Assembly (NCBI GenBank): GCA_963668695.2
Contig: CAXXLQ010000004.1
Coordinates: 544,001 to 608,000 of the forward strand
DNA length: 64,000 bases
From: Vicinamibacteria bacterium
GTDB lineage: Bacteria > Acidobacteriota > Vicinamibacteria > Marinacidobacterales > Marinacidobacteraceae
Direction of reading: 5' to 3'
Shown: positions 32,274-42,236 of the stretch, piece by piece
Layout: each line of letters begins with the position of its first letter
Position numbering within the stretch: the stretch's first letter is position 1
Program-made: the position numbers and the translations under genes
The notes under the pieces: model-generated
The model's input: only the letters and a program-made list of their open reading frames with translations
Databases searched by the model: none
Told to the model about the DNA's origin: nothing

Positions 32274-33752
32274 ATGCTCTCCCGACGCTTTCTCATTCCG
32301 CTCTTGCTCGTTTTCGCCGGCGGCCCCGCCGCGGCGCAGGACACGCCGATCTTCACCGAGGACTTCCCTGCCGCCGAGTTCCAGGCGCGCCGCAGGGCCG
32401 TCATGGACGCTCTCGGACCCGGGGCGATTGCGCTATTGCAGGGGGCGCCGTCCCCCCTCGGGTACATCCGCTTTCGGCAGACCAATTCCTTCTACTACCT
32501 GAGCGGAGTGGAGACGCCGCACGCCTACCTGGTGCTGAACGGCACGACGGGCCACTCGTCGCTCTACCTGCCGCCGCAGGACGACCGCCGCGAATCGTCA
32601 GAGGGACGCCTCCTGACTTCCGACGACGCGGACCTCGCCCGGGAAAAGACCGGCGTGGCCGAGGTGCACCCGAACTGGAAACTGAGCGACCACCTCGCCC
32701 GCCTCGCCTGGAGTCCGAATCCGCCGGTGGTCCACACCCCGCTCGCCCCCGCCGAACTCGCGGCGATGAGCCGGGACCTGGCGACCCGCGGCAACTCCGA
32801 CATCGCGAACGACCCCTGGGACGCGCGCCCCTCGCGCGAAGCGATCTTCGTGTCCCGCCTCGAGGGACGGTTCCCGCGGCTGGAGATTCGCGACCTGACC
32901 CCGGTGCTCGACCGGGCGCGGCTCGTGAAGAGCGAACGCGAGATCGCCCTCATCACCAAAGCCACCCGCCTTTCCGGGTTCGCGCTCATGGAGGCCATGC
33001 GCTCCACCGCCCCCGGGATCTACGAACGGGAACTCGACGCCGTCGGGAAGTTCCTCTTCTACCGGGACGGCGCCCAGTCGGACGCCTACTACTCGCTGGT
33101 GGCGACGGGAACGAACGCCTGGTATCCGCACTATCACCGGGGGGCGAGCCGGCTCGGCGACGGCGAGTTGATCCTGATGGACTACGCGCCCGACGTCGGC
33201 TACTACACGAGCGACGTGACCCGCATGTGGCCGGTGAACGGGGTCTGGAGCGAGTGGCAGCGCGATCTCTACGGCTTCTATCTCGCCTGCTACCAGGCGA
33301 TCCTCGACGCCATCCGGCCCGGGGATGTCGCCACCGTAATGGGCGATGCCGCCACCCGCATGGAGGAGATCGTGCGGGATTGGCCGTTCACGAAACCCCA
33401 CTACCGGCCGGCGGCGGAAGCCTTCGTGGCCGCCTACCGCCGCCGCGCCGCCGGCCGCCCGAACGGGGTGGGTCACGGTGTGGGAATGGCGGTCCACGAT
33501 GTCGGCAATGCCGACGGGACGCTCACCCCGGGCATGGTATTCACCATCGAGCCGCAGTTCCGGGTGCCCGAGGACCGGATCTACATCCGCCTGGAGGACG
33601 TCATCGTCGTCACCGAAGACGGCGCCGAAAACATCTCGGAGTTCGTTCCGATGGACATGGACGCCATCGAGGCGCTGATGGCGGAACCCGGGCTGCTGGA
33701 CCGCTACCCGAGTCCCCTCGACGCCTTCCCGGACCCCGGCGGACCGCGGTGA
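32274..33752 (+). CDS. Xaa-Pro aminopeptidase (M24) with signal peptide
   Basis: FRQ...FYYLSG.E.P, R.VKS..EI, D......Y.SDVTR, GHGVGM.VHD, TIEP, RLED. Confidence 0.9.
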   Translation: MLSRRFLIPLLLVFAGGPAAAQDTPIFTEDFPAAEFQARRRAVMDALGPGAIALLQGAPSPLGYIRFRQTNSFYYLSGVETPHAYLVLNGTTGHSSLYLPPQDDRRESSEGRLLTSDDADLAREKTGVAEVHPNWKLSDHLARLAWSPNPPVVHTPLAPAELAAMSRDLATRGNSDIANDPWDARPSREAIFVSRLEGRFPRLEIRDLTPVLDRARLVKSEREIALITKATRLSGFALMEAMRSTAPGIYERELDAVGKFLFYRDGAQSDAYYSLVATGTNAWYPHYHRGASRLGDGELILMDYAPDVGYYTSDVTRMWPVNGVWSEWQRDLYGFYLACYQAILDAIRPGDVATVMGDAATRMEEIVRDWPFTKPHYRPAAEAFVAAYRRRAAGRPNGVGHGVGMAVHDVGNADGTLTPGMVFTIEPQFRVPEDRIYIRLEDVIVVTEDGAENISEFVPMDMDAIEALMAEPGLLDRYPSPLDAFPDPGGPR

Positions 33753-33766
33753 ATCAGTCTATCCAT

Positions 33767-33889
33767 ATTGTATTTCGTTCCATCCGATGGAATAAATTGC
33801 AACTATATTGTCCGATATCAGGAACGGCTGACTGCAAGATGTGACAATTCATATTGCGCTACATTCCATATGATGGAAGGAAACGCAAT
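33767..33889 (+). promoter_or_regulatory. two palindromic operators upstream of abiEi
   Basis: TTCCAT-N3-ATGGAA at 33778-33792 and 33864-33878, each inside an ATTG..CAA(T/C) outer inverted repeat; locally AT-rich. Confidence 0.7.
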
Positions 33890-33890
33890 A

Positions 33891-34715
33891 ATGTTGTCCA
33901 AGACGGCCACCGGACAGGGGATCAGTGCCCGCAATCGGCACCGGCTCGCCGGGCTGCTCCGGGGGGTCGAGGGGCCGTTCACGGTCGGCGACGCGTCCGA
34001 AGTCTTGGACACCGACGCGGCCCGCACCCGGCGGTTCCTCGCCTACCTGGCCGCGCAGGGCTGGCTTATCCGGATCCGATCCGGAATCTACGAACGGGCG
34101 CCACTCGAAGTCGCCGGTCCCGTCGGTCGGGAGAGAATGTGGGCCAAGGCATACCGGATCTTCGCCCCCTGCTACCTCGGGGGCTTCACCGCCGCCTCCT
34201 ACTGGGGTCTGACGGAACAGTTCTTCCGCAATGTGATGGTGCTCAGCACCCGGTGGACCCGGAATCGCCGACCCACAATCCAGGGCGTGCAGTACGAGGT
34301 CAAGGTAATCGCCCCGAAGCGGCTGTTCGGGACCCGGTTGGGCTGGGACGAGGATCTGAGGGTCGAGTTCTCGGACCCGGCCCGCACCATCGTGGACACC
34401 CTGGACGATCCTGCGATGGGCGGCGGCATACGACAAGTGGCGGACACGGTCCAGAACTTCTTTCTGTTCGCGGAACTGCGAAACGACGAACGCCTGCTCG
34501 AGTACATCGAGCGGTTCGGCAACCGGTCGCTCTACAAGCGGCTCGGCTACCTGATCGAGAAACTGGAGATCGATGCGCCCGAGGTGCTGGAGACCTGCGC
34601 GCGGCGCATGAGTCAGGGAGTCGTCCGCCTCTATCCTGGCGGTCCCGATATCGGGCGGCCGGTAAAGCGTTGGCGGCTGATCGTGAACTCCACCATCGCC
34701 CCCCACGACTCATGA
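33891..34715 (+). CDS. abiEi: type IV TA antitoxin, AbiEi family (wHTH)
   Basis: L.YL...GWL.RIR.G.Y, YLGG..AA.YWGLTEQ, SDP.RTIVD.L, KRLGYL.E; ATGA overlap with the toxin start. Confidence 0.88.
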   Translation: MLSKTATGQGISARNRHRLAGLLRGVEGPFTVGDASEVLDTDAARTRRFLAYLAAQGWLIRIRSGIYERAPLEVAGPVGRERMWAKAYRIFAPCYLGGFTAASYWGLTEQFFRNVMVLSTRWTRNRRPTIQGVQYEVKVIAPKRLFGTRLGWDEDLRVEFSDPARTIVDTLDDPAMGGGIRQVADTVQNFFLFAELRNDERLLEYIERFGNRSLYKRLGYLIEKLEIDAPEVLETCARRMSQGVVRLYPGGPDIGRPVKRWRLIVNSTIAPHDS

Positions 34716-34851
34716 TTTCCAGGGCGCGCCTCCGACTCGGCGCGCAGGAATGGGGTGTCGGGGATGTTGTCGTCGAGAACGACTATGTCCTCGGCTGGCT
34801 GCTGTGGGGAATCGGCTCCGACAAAACGCTCCGGGAGCAGTGGGTGTTCAA

Positions 34852-35049
34852 CAGCCTGTGGCAAAACCCACGCGGCGTTCGACCGGCGATCCATCCCGGC
34901 TGAGCCACTCCGCTTCGCTGTGTTCTGCGTTGCGTTTCGGTCGAAATACACCCGGTATTCCTCCCTCACGCGCCTTGTCAGCCGGGCGCCTCGCCCCCAC
35001 CGGGAGAACTGGCCAACCTCGGCGCTCACGTGGGTTTCACCACAGGCTG
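34852..35049. mobile_element. MITE family A copy 7 (198 bp, 1 cassette) inside abiEii
   Basis: TIRs present; flanks TCAA / TTAA; net 202-nt insertion shifts the frame. Confidence 0.92.
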
Positions 35050-35734
35050 TTAAGGGCGGGACCTGCCTCAAGAAGTGCTATCTCAGCGACCATCGGTTTT
35101 CCCAGGATCTCGACTTCACCGTCCGGAAGGGTGGTCCCGTCGGGCCTGCAGCGGTGCTCCCGATACTGCGGCCGCTGCTGCAGCGGGTGAGCGATGCCTC
35201 CGGACTCGACTTCGCCGTCGCCGAACCCCGGTTGGACCTCCACCGGGGAAGGAACTTCGCCCGGGGCCGCATCTACTACACCGGTCCGCGCCGTGCCCGC
35301 ATGCCGACCCGGCTCATTCTGGATCTCAGCGGCGAGGAACTCCTCGCCGTGGAGCCGGAATGGAGAACTGTGCTCCATGACTACGGAGAAAAGCTTCCCC
35401 CGCCGGCGACGGTGCTGTGCTATCCGCTGGTTGAAGTATTCGCGGAGAAGATCCGCGCAATGGGAGAGCGGGGACGCCCGCGGGATCTCTACGACCTCGT
35501 CAGCGTGTTCCTCAGACCGGAGGTTCGGCCAGATCCGGCGGAGGTCCGACCGGTGCTGGCGCGGAAGTGCGCGCACAAAGGGATTCCGGTTCCGGACCTC
35601 GAATCCGTCCGCGCTGCAGAGACGCTGGCCGAGCTCAAGTCCGAGTGGAGGCACATGCTGGACCGACAGATGGCCGTGGTCCCCTCGCTCGACGACACGT
35701 GGGGCGAACTCCCGGCCTTCTTCCGCTGGCTCAA

Positions 35735-35988
35735 CAGCCTGTGATGAAACCCACGCGGCCCAGTTCTCCCGGTGGGGGCTCGAGCGGCGATGCATCCCGC
35801 CTGAACCGCCCCCCCACCGGGAGAACTGGCGCTTTGCGGCGCTCTGCGTTGCGTTTCGGTCGAAATACACCCGGGCCAGTTCTCCCGGTGGGGGCTCCTC
35901 CCTCACGCGCCTTGTCAGCCGGGCGCCTCGCCCCCACCGGGAGAACTGGCCAACCTCTCGGCGCTCACCCGGGTTCCACCACCGGCTG
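35735..35988. mobile_element. MITE family A copy 8 (254 bp, 4 cassettes) in the 3' end of abiEii
   Basis: TIRs present; flanks TCAA / TTAA. Confidence 0.9.
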
Positions 35989-36056
35989 TTAAGCCGGAGA
36001 AGTGTTGACACCCGCCCGGCATCGGCGCCGGGCTCGCGAAGGGGGCCGCTCCGACC

Positions 36057-36347
36057 TCAGCCGGCCGGGTCCGCCCAAACCGCAGCGAGAGAGATCGGGT
36101 GTTCCGCATGCAGACGGCGGAGGAAGTCGGTGGCCGGCAGGCAAAGGGCGCCGGCGATCAGTAACCGGCGCGTTCCGCGATAGTCGGCCCACGCGCGAAG
36201 GTGCTCGGCCACCAGTCCTTCCAAGGCGGCACCCTCAATCTCGCTGGGACGGTCAAGCGCACCGGCCGGACGTGACGGCATTTCAGTATCTATTCCGCCA
36301 CTTTGGCGATCAAAGTGGCATGTCGAAAGCCGAAATACCCTTCTCAC
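36057..36347 (-). pseudogene. remnant of a DUF4143/AAA ATPase C-terminus
   Basis: EIEGAALEGLVAEHLRAW.DY joined directly to 'CLP..DFLRRL'; no P-loop part. Confidence 0.5.
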
Positions 36348-36404
36348 GCCTCATTGGCGCGACAACCGAGGCCACCGAGGCCCTCCGGCGAGGCCCTCCG
36401 GGCG

Positions 36405-37025
36405 CTACTGACCGTTCCTGGCCAGATACGCCCGCGACGCCTCCGCGTCCTGCAGCGGTACCACCTTGTCAGGATCCACCCGAACCATGAGGTAGGTGAT
36501 GTGGTCCTCGATCCGGGTGAACTGATGGCCGGTTCCGGCAGGAACGACCAGCATGTCACCGGCCGTGAGCTCGTAGGTCACCCCGTCCCGCACCGCGGCG
36601 GCGTTGTTTCCCGGCCCGTTCAGGAACTGCACCGCCCGGTTGTCGGCCGGGCGCCGGCGCTTGTCCACGAGGTCCGGCCCGGTGAGGTTCGTTCCCGAAC
36701 CGCTGAGCACGAAGTACACCTCGGTCACGAGGTCGTGTTCGGCGACCGAGTGCGGTCCCGGCGCCTCGAGGGCGCCCCGCTTCACGAGCGCGATCTGGAC
36801 ATTCGCCTTGCCGATGTCCAGGGAGCGGACCTGCAGATCGGTCAGCCCGGTCGCGTCGGCGACCCGCTCGTATGCCTCAAGCTCCTCGGCGGCGACGAAG
36901 TCCGCATCGCACATGTCGCAACTCGGGGCGGGACCCTCATCCTGGGCGCCGCCGGAAACCCGTCCGAGGGCGAAAGCCGCCACCACGGCCAGCGCCGTTA
37001 CTCCCAAGGCCTTCTTGTTCATCAC
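36405..37025 (-). CDS. secreted cupin-domain protein
   Basis: signal peptide; EH..VTEVYFVLSG.G and GD..VVPAGT.H.F. Confidence 0.8.
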   Translation of the reverse strand: MMNKKALGVTALAVVAAFALGRVSGGAQDEGPAPSCDMCDADFVAAEELEAYERVADATGLTDLQVRSLDIGKANVQIALVKRGALEAPGPHSVAEHDLVTEVYFVLSGSGTNLTGPDLVDKRRRPADNRAVQFLNGPGNNAAAVRDGVTYELTAGDMLVVPAGTGHQFTRIEDHITYLMVRVDPDKVVPLQDAEASRAYLARNGQ

Positions 37026-37149
37026 TCGCTCCTTCCCGCAAGGGGATCATTCCGACTATATGCCGGGGTCCCGCGGGAACGACCCGGCGTGACGCACGTT
37101 CTCACTTGGGCGACAATCCGCGCGGTACCCGAGGGGACGACCGACCACC

Positions 37150-39642
37150 ATGCTTCATGAATTCACCGAGGCGCTGAAGAGCCTCTCCAAGCGGCCGGGG
37201 TTCGCCCTGCTGGTGTGCGTCCCGCTCGCCCTGGGCATCGGGGCAACCTCGACCGTGTTCTCGGCGGTATACGGGGTCCTGCTCAAGGCTCCGGCGTACG
37301 ACGAGCCCGAACGTCTGGTGCAGGTTTGGGAGCGGCGCCCGCGGCTACCGATGCCGGACGAAGTGGCGGCCTTTTCGACCGACCACTTCCGGGAGTGGCG
37401 GGACGCCAATACCGTCTTCGACGGGTTGGCGATGTACGGCGACCGGCCGGTCGCCTACCGCGGGCTCTCCGGGGCGCCCGGTGAGCCACGCCCCCTGTTC
37501 GCCGAACAGGTCTCACCGGAGCTCTTCGAGATCCTGGGCGTTTCGCCGCACCTGGGACGCGCCTTCCGTCCGGAAGAAGCGACGCCGGGGCGCGACGCGG
37601 TCGCCGTCCTCGGTCACGCCTTCTGGATGCGGGAGTTCGGCGGCGACCCGGCGGTCGTCGGCCAAACGCTGCGCCTGGACGACCGCAATGTCGAGGTCAT
37701 CGGAATCGCGCCGCGCGACTTCGGATTCCCGATCCCGACCACCGAGATCTACCTCCCCTACCCGACGAGGCCACCCGCCAATCTCCAGCCGGGACAGATC
37801 CGGCTCGAACTCGTGCAGGTGGTCGGCCGGCTGCGGGACGGCATCAGCATCGAACAGGCGGAAGCCGAAGCGGCGGCCCTGATTGCCCGGCTGAGCGAAG
37901 AGAGCGACATCCAGCGCATGATGAACGAGGGGGTGTCGGTGCACCTGAGTTCGTTCACCGAGCGATCCACCCGGCGCATCCGCCAGCCGCTGATCGCGCT
38001 TTTCGGGGTCACCGTGCTCGTTTTGCTCATCGTGTGCGGCAACGTGGCCAACCTCCTGCTCACCCGGGCCGCCTGGCGCCAGCGCGAACTCGCGGTGCGG
38101 AGCGCCCTGGGCGCCGGCCGCTCGCGGCTGGTCAAGCGGCTGTTCGCGGAGAGCGTGCTGCTCGCCGGTGCGGCGGGGGCCCTGGGGGTGCTGCTGGCCG
38201 TGGGTGGCGCCGGAATCGTCCGTTCGCTCACCGTGCTCGGCCTGCCGCAACTGGCGGCCGCCGGGGTGGATGCCCGGGTCGTCGCCTTCACCTTCGGGAT
38301 CGCCGGCCTGGCGGCGCTGGTGTTCGGAACATTGCCGGCGCTGCGCGCCTCTTCCCGGGACCCCTCGGCGGCCCTCGACGCTTCGGCCCGCGGTGAGTCC
38401 ACTGCCCTGGGCGGCAGCACGCGCGGCGTGGGGCGCCGCGGACTTTTCGCCGCCCTCCAACTGGCCCTCGCGCTGCCGCTGCTGATCGGCGCGGGGCTGC
38501 TGACCCGGAGCTTCCTGGCCCTCGTCAGCGCGCCACCCGGCTACGAACCCGCGAACACCGTGGCCTTCGAAGTCCAGCTCGCGGCCAGCCGGTATCCGGA
38601 TCCGGAAGCGCAGACGGCGGTGCTCGACCGCATCCGCGAGTCGCTGGGCGCGATCCCGGGGGTGACGCAGGCGGGCATCGTGGACACCCTGCCGCTGAGC
38701 GGCGAACGCGCGGTGATCGGCTTCCAGCGGATCAGCGAGGATCCGATCACCGACCCCAACCAGGTTCCCCGGGCCCTGCTCCGCCGCGTCTCGCCCGGGT
38801 ATTTCCGCGCCATGGGCATTCCCCTGCGCGAGGGACGGGCGTTCGAGGAGACGGACCGCGCCAACCCGGCCGGGGTATCCGTCGTGAACCAGAGCCTCGT
38901 CGGGCGCTACCTCTCCGATCCGCCGGTGGGTCTGGAACTGCGGGGTCTGGGGGAGATCGTCGGCGTGGTCGGCGACGTGTACGAAGAAGGCGTGGACAGT
39001 CCGCCGGAACCGATCCTCTACCGCTTGATCGGGGACGCCCGGGTGCCCGCCCCCCGTGAGGTGACCAACATGAGCGTGGTCCTCCGCCATGCGGCCGGCG
39101 CCTCGGTGATGCAGGCGGCGGCGGCGCGACTCAAGGAAGTGGATCCCGAACTCGCCGCCCTGAACCCACGTACTCTCGGGGACCGCATCCGTGAATCGGT
39201 CGCCCAGCCCCGGCTCTACGCGCTGCTCCTCGGCGCCTTTGCCATCGCCGCGGCCCTCCTCGCCGCCTGGGGTGTGTTCGGGGTGGTCGGGTTCCAGGCG
39301 AACGCGCGCATACCGGCGCACGGCGTGCGGATGGCGTTCGGCGCCACCCCCAGGGACATCCGCCGCCTGGTGCTCGGGGACGCCCTGCGGATCGCCGCGC
39401 TCGGTCTCTTGCCGGGGCTGCTCCTGGTCTTCTTCCTGGTGCGCGTCGTCCAAAGCGAGCTGAGCCCGCTCCTCTTCCAGATCACCCCGCTGGACCCCAC
39501 CGTGTACGTCCTGGTTCCTCTGCTGCTCTTCGTGGCGGTGGTGGCGGCCGCCCTCCAGCCGGCCGCCACCGCCGCCCGCCTCGACGTCGTACAGGCGCTC
39601 AGGTCCGAACATCCGCGGCCCGTAAAGAGCTGGTTCGCCTGA
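37150..39642 (+). CDS. ADOP-family duplicated ABC permease (MacB/FtsX-like)
   Basis: K.PGF..LALGIGA....FS.V..VLL, VLLI.C.NVANLLL.R...R.RELAVR.ALGA. Confidence 0.92.
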   Translation: MLHEFTEALKSLSKRPGFALLVCVPLALGIGATSTVFSAVYGVLLKAPAYDEPERLVQVWERRPRLPMPDEVAAFSTDHFREWRDANTVFDGLAMYGDRPVAYRGLSGAPGEPRPLFAEQVSPELFEILGVSPHLGRAFRPEEATPGRDAVAVLGHAFWMREFGGDPAVVGQTLRLDDRNVEVIGIAPRDFGFPIPTTEIYLPYPTRPPANLQPGQIRLELVQVVGRLRDGISIEQAEAEAAALIARLSEESDIQRMMNEGVSVHLSSFTERSTRRIRQPLIALFGVTVLVLLIVCGNVANLLLTRAAWRQRELAVRSALGAGRSRLVKRLFAESVLLAGAAGALGVLLAVGGAGIVRSLTVLGLPQLAAAGVDARVVAFTFGIAGLAALVFGTLPALRASSRDPSAALDASARGESTALGGSTRGVGRRGLFAALQLALALPLLIGAGLLTRSFLALVSAPPGYEPANTVAFEVQLAASRYPDPEAQTAVLDRIRESLGAIPGVTQAGIVDTLPLSGERAVIGFQRISEDPITDPNQVPRALLRRVSPGYFRAMGIPLREGRAFEETDRANPAGVSVVNQSLVGRYLSDPPVGLELRGLGEIVGVVGDVYEEGVDSPPEPILYRLIGDARVPAPREVTNMSVVLRHAAGASVMQAAAARLKEVDPELAALNPRTLGDRIRESVAQPRLYALLLGAFAIAAALLAAWGVFGVVGFQANARIPAHGVRMAFGATPRDIRRLVLGDALRIAALGLLPGLLLVFFLVRVVQSELSPLLFQITPLDPTVYVLVPLLLFVAVVAAALQPAATAARLDVVQALRSEHPRPVKSWFA

Positions 39643-39709
39643 CGGGCGCCAGCAGCCCGGGTGAGCTCTCCCGGGAACACTTGGGGGGAACGGTCGTAGT
39701 AATCGCCGG

Positions 39710-41254
39710 ATGAAGAGCGGGTTAGGATTGATCTGGTTGCCAAAGTTTCCCCGCCGTTGGCGTCTCCTGGCCGGACTGGGCACTCTGGGGATCCTGACCC
39801 TCTACCGGGTTGGGTCCGACACCCCGGAAGAGCCGGACGAAGAAAGAGCGGAGCCGGAGAGCATCGTCTCCCCCTGCCCTCCCGGCGAAGGCGTGGAAGG
39901 TGGTCTCTGCGGAACGCTCGAGGTCCCGGAGGACCGGGCGAACCCCGAGGGAAGGAAGATCGCGCTGAACATCCTCGTGGTGCCGGCCGCCGAGCAGGGC
40001 GGCGAGCCGGACCCGGTCTTCTTCCTGGCCGGGGGGCCGGGACAGGCCGCCACGGAACTCGCCCCTCTCCTCCGACGAGCCGTTCCGGACCTGTTCCTTC
40101 GCCGGGACTTCGTGTTCGTGGACCAACGGGGGACCGGAGACTCCAATCCGCTGACCTGCGACTTCCTCGAGGAGCGGGTCACCTACTTCGACAGCGTTCC
40201 CGAAGAGTTGTCGGAAGCGGACTGGAGGGAGTGCCTCGACTCGCTGGATGCGGACCCGGAGCACTACACGACGCCCGTCGCCATGGACGATCTCGAAGAA
40301 GTGCGGGTGGCTCTCGGCTACGGACCAATCAATGTCTGGGGCGGCTCCTACGGCACCCGCGCGGCCACCGTCTTCCTCCGGCGCTACCCGCAGAGCGTCC
40401 GCACGGTGATCCTCGACGGGGTGGCCCCGGTGGATATGCGGATCCCGTTGCACTTCGCAGAGGACGGCCAGCGGGCCCTGACCCTGCTCATCGAATCCTG
40501 CGCCGCGGACGCCGCGTGCGACGCCCGCTTTCCGGACCTCGCGAATTCCATCGAGACGCTGCTCGCGAGCCTCGATCGGGATCCGCCCCCGCGCTACCGC
40601 GTCCGTCATCCCCGGACCGGGGATTGGCAGGAGATCGCCATCGGACGCGAACTGGTGGCCGGGGTGCTGCGGGCTGTGCTCTACAACCCGACGAGCGCCT
40701 CGGTCATCCCGCTGATGATCGAGAGCGCGCTCGACGGCGACTTCGGCCCCATCCTGGTGTTCGCCGATCCGGTCGCCGGGCCCCAGCTCGCTATCGGCAT
40801 GTTCTTGTCGGTGTTGTGCGCCGAGGATGTCCCCTTCCTGACCACGGACGAAGCGGCGCAGGCTGCCGAGGAGAGTTTCCTTGACACGCTCACGGCCGAG
40901 CAGATGCAGGAGGCGTGCGCTGTTTGGCCGCGCGGCGAGATCCCGCCCGGCTACCGGGAGCCTGTCGAGTCCGAAGCGCCGGTGCTGATCCTGTCCGGCG
41001 AACTGGATCCGGTGACCCCCCCGCGCTGGGGGGACCATGCCGCCGCCACGCTCCCGAATTCCCGGCACCTCATCGTCCCGGGCACGGGGCACGGCGCCAT
41101 GATGGCCGGCTGCGCCCCCGAACTGATCGGGGAGTTCCTCGATTCCGCCGATCCCGCCGCCCTGGACGCCGATTGCCTGTCCGGCATCTCCCGGCCTCCT
41201 TTCTGGAAGTCGGCAACCGGCCCCGGCGCTCCGAGATCGGACTCCCAGCCGTGA
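39710..41254 (+). CDS. alpha/beta hydrolase (TAP-like peptidase)
   Basis: GGPG, DQRGTG.S, GGSYGT nucleophile, D.VTP, GH. Confidence 0.9.
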   Translation: MKSGLGLIWLPKFPRRWRLLAGLGTLGILTLYRVGSDTPEEPDEERAEPESIVSPCPPGEGVEGGLCGTLEVPEDRANPEGRKIALNILVVPAAEQGGEPDPVFFLAGGPGQAATELAPLLRRAVPDLFLRRDFVFVDQRGTGDSNPLTCDFLEERVTYFDSVPEELSEADWRECLDSLDADPEHYTTPVAMDDLEEVRVALGYGPINVWGGSYGTRAATVFLRRYPQSVRTVILDGVAPVDMRIPLHFAEDGQRALTLLIESCAADAACDARFPDLANSIETLLASLDRDPPPRYRVRHPRTGDWQEIAIGRELVAGVLRAVLYNPTSASVIPLMIESALDGDFGPILVFADPVAGPQLAIGMFLSVLCAEDVPFLTTDEAAQAAEESFLDTLTAEQMQEACAVWPRGEIPPGYREPVESEAPVLILSGELDPVTPPRWGDHAAATLPNSRHLIVPGTGHGAMMAGCAPELIGEFLDSADPAALDADCLSGISRPPFWKSATGPGAPRSDSQP

Positions 41255-41982
41255 TCGAGGCCTCCGGTCTCAAGAAGACCTTCGGCAGCGTGGTGGCCGT
41301 CAAGGACGTGAGCTTTCGCGCCGAGGACGGACAGATCACGGGCCTCGTCGGCCCGAATGGGGCCGGAAAATCCACCACCCTGCGGATGCTCTACGGCCTG
41401 ATGGCGCCGGAGGCGGGCAACGTCGCCGTGGATGGAGTGGACGTCCAACGGGAAACGATGGCGGCGCAGGAGCGCATCGGGGCCCTTCCGGACTCGCACT
41501 CCCTGTACCCACGGCTGACCGGCCGCGAGAACATCCGCTACTTCGCGCAGCTTCGCCGTCTTCCGCGAGACGAAGCCGAGGCCCGGATCGCGGAGTTCGT
41601 CCGGCTGCTGGAGATGGACGACTTCGTGGACCGGCGGGCAAAGGGCTATTCGCACGGAGAGCGCTCCCGGGTGCTCCTCGCCCGGGCGCTGGTCCACGAG
41701 CCCCAAAACGTCCTCCTCGACGAGCCGACAAACGGGCTGGACGTGATGAGCACCCGGCGCATGCGGGACCTGATCCGCGAGCTGCGGGCGCGGGGCTGCG
41801 CGGTGCTCTTTTCGAGCCACATCATGCAGGAGGTTTCCCTCCTCTGCGACCAGATCGTGATCATCGCGGCCGGGCGGGTGGTCGCCTCGGGGTCCCCCGA
41901 CGCGATCCGCGACGCGGCGGGGTGTGAGGACCTCGAGGATGCCTTCGTCAGCCTCACCGGTCCCCAGGAAGCGAGGGCCTAG
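41251..41982 (+). CDS. ABC transporter ATP-binding protein (NatA-like)
   Basis: GPNGAGKST, LLDEPTNGLD, FSSH. Confidence 0.92.
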   Translation: MIEASGLKKTFGSVVAVKDVSFRAEDGQITGLVGPNGAGKSTTLRMLYGLMAPEAGNVAVDGVDVQRETMAAQERIGALPDSHSLYPRLTGRENIRYFAQLRRLPRDEAEARIAEFVRLLEMDDFVDRRAKGYSHGERSRVLLARALVHEPQNVLLDEPTNGLDVMSTRRMRDLIRELRARGCAVLFSSHIMQEVSLLCDQIVIIAAGRVVASGSPDAIRDAAGCEDLEDAFVSLTGPQEARA

Positions 41983-42233
41983 CAGCCGGTGCTGAAACCC
42001 AGGCGGCCCAGTTCTCCCGGTGGGGGCTCGAGCGGCGATCCATCCCGGCTGAACCACTCCGCTTCGCTCCGTTCTGCGTTGCGTTTCGGTCGAAATACAC
42101 TCGGGCCAGTTCTCCCGGTGGGGGCTCCTTCCTCACGCGCCTTGTCAGCCGGGCCCCCACCGGGAGAACTGGCCCCACCGGGAGAACTGGGCCTCACCGC
42201 TCTCGGCGCTCACCCGGGTTCCACCACAGGCTA
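41983..42233. mobile_element. MITE family A copy 9 (251 bp, 4 cassettes) between ATPase stop and permease start
   Basis: flanks CTAG (contains the stop) and CTAA (overlaps the ATG). Confidence 0.88.
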
Positions 42234-42236
42234 CTA

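Larger units (their letters stand above)
34712..36008 (+). pseudogene. abiEii: AbiEii nucleotidyltransferase toxin interrupted by two MITE A copies
   Basis: MIS...DYVLGWLL...WVF|KGGTCLKKCY...RFSQDLDF...AEKIRA..R.RPRDLYD; removing both elements restores an ORF ending WLKPEKC*. Confidence 0.88.
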
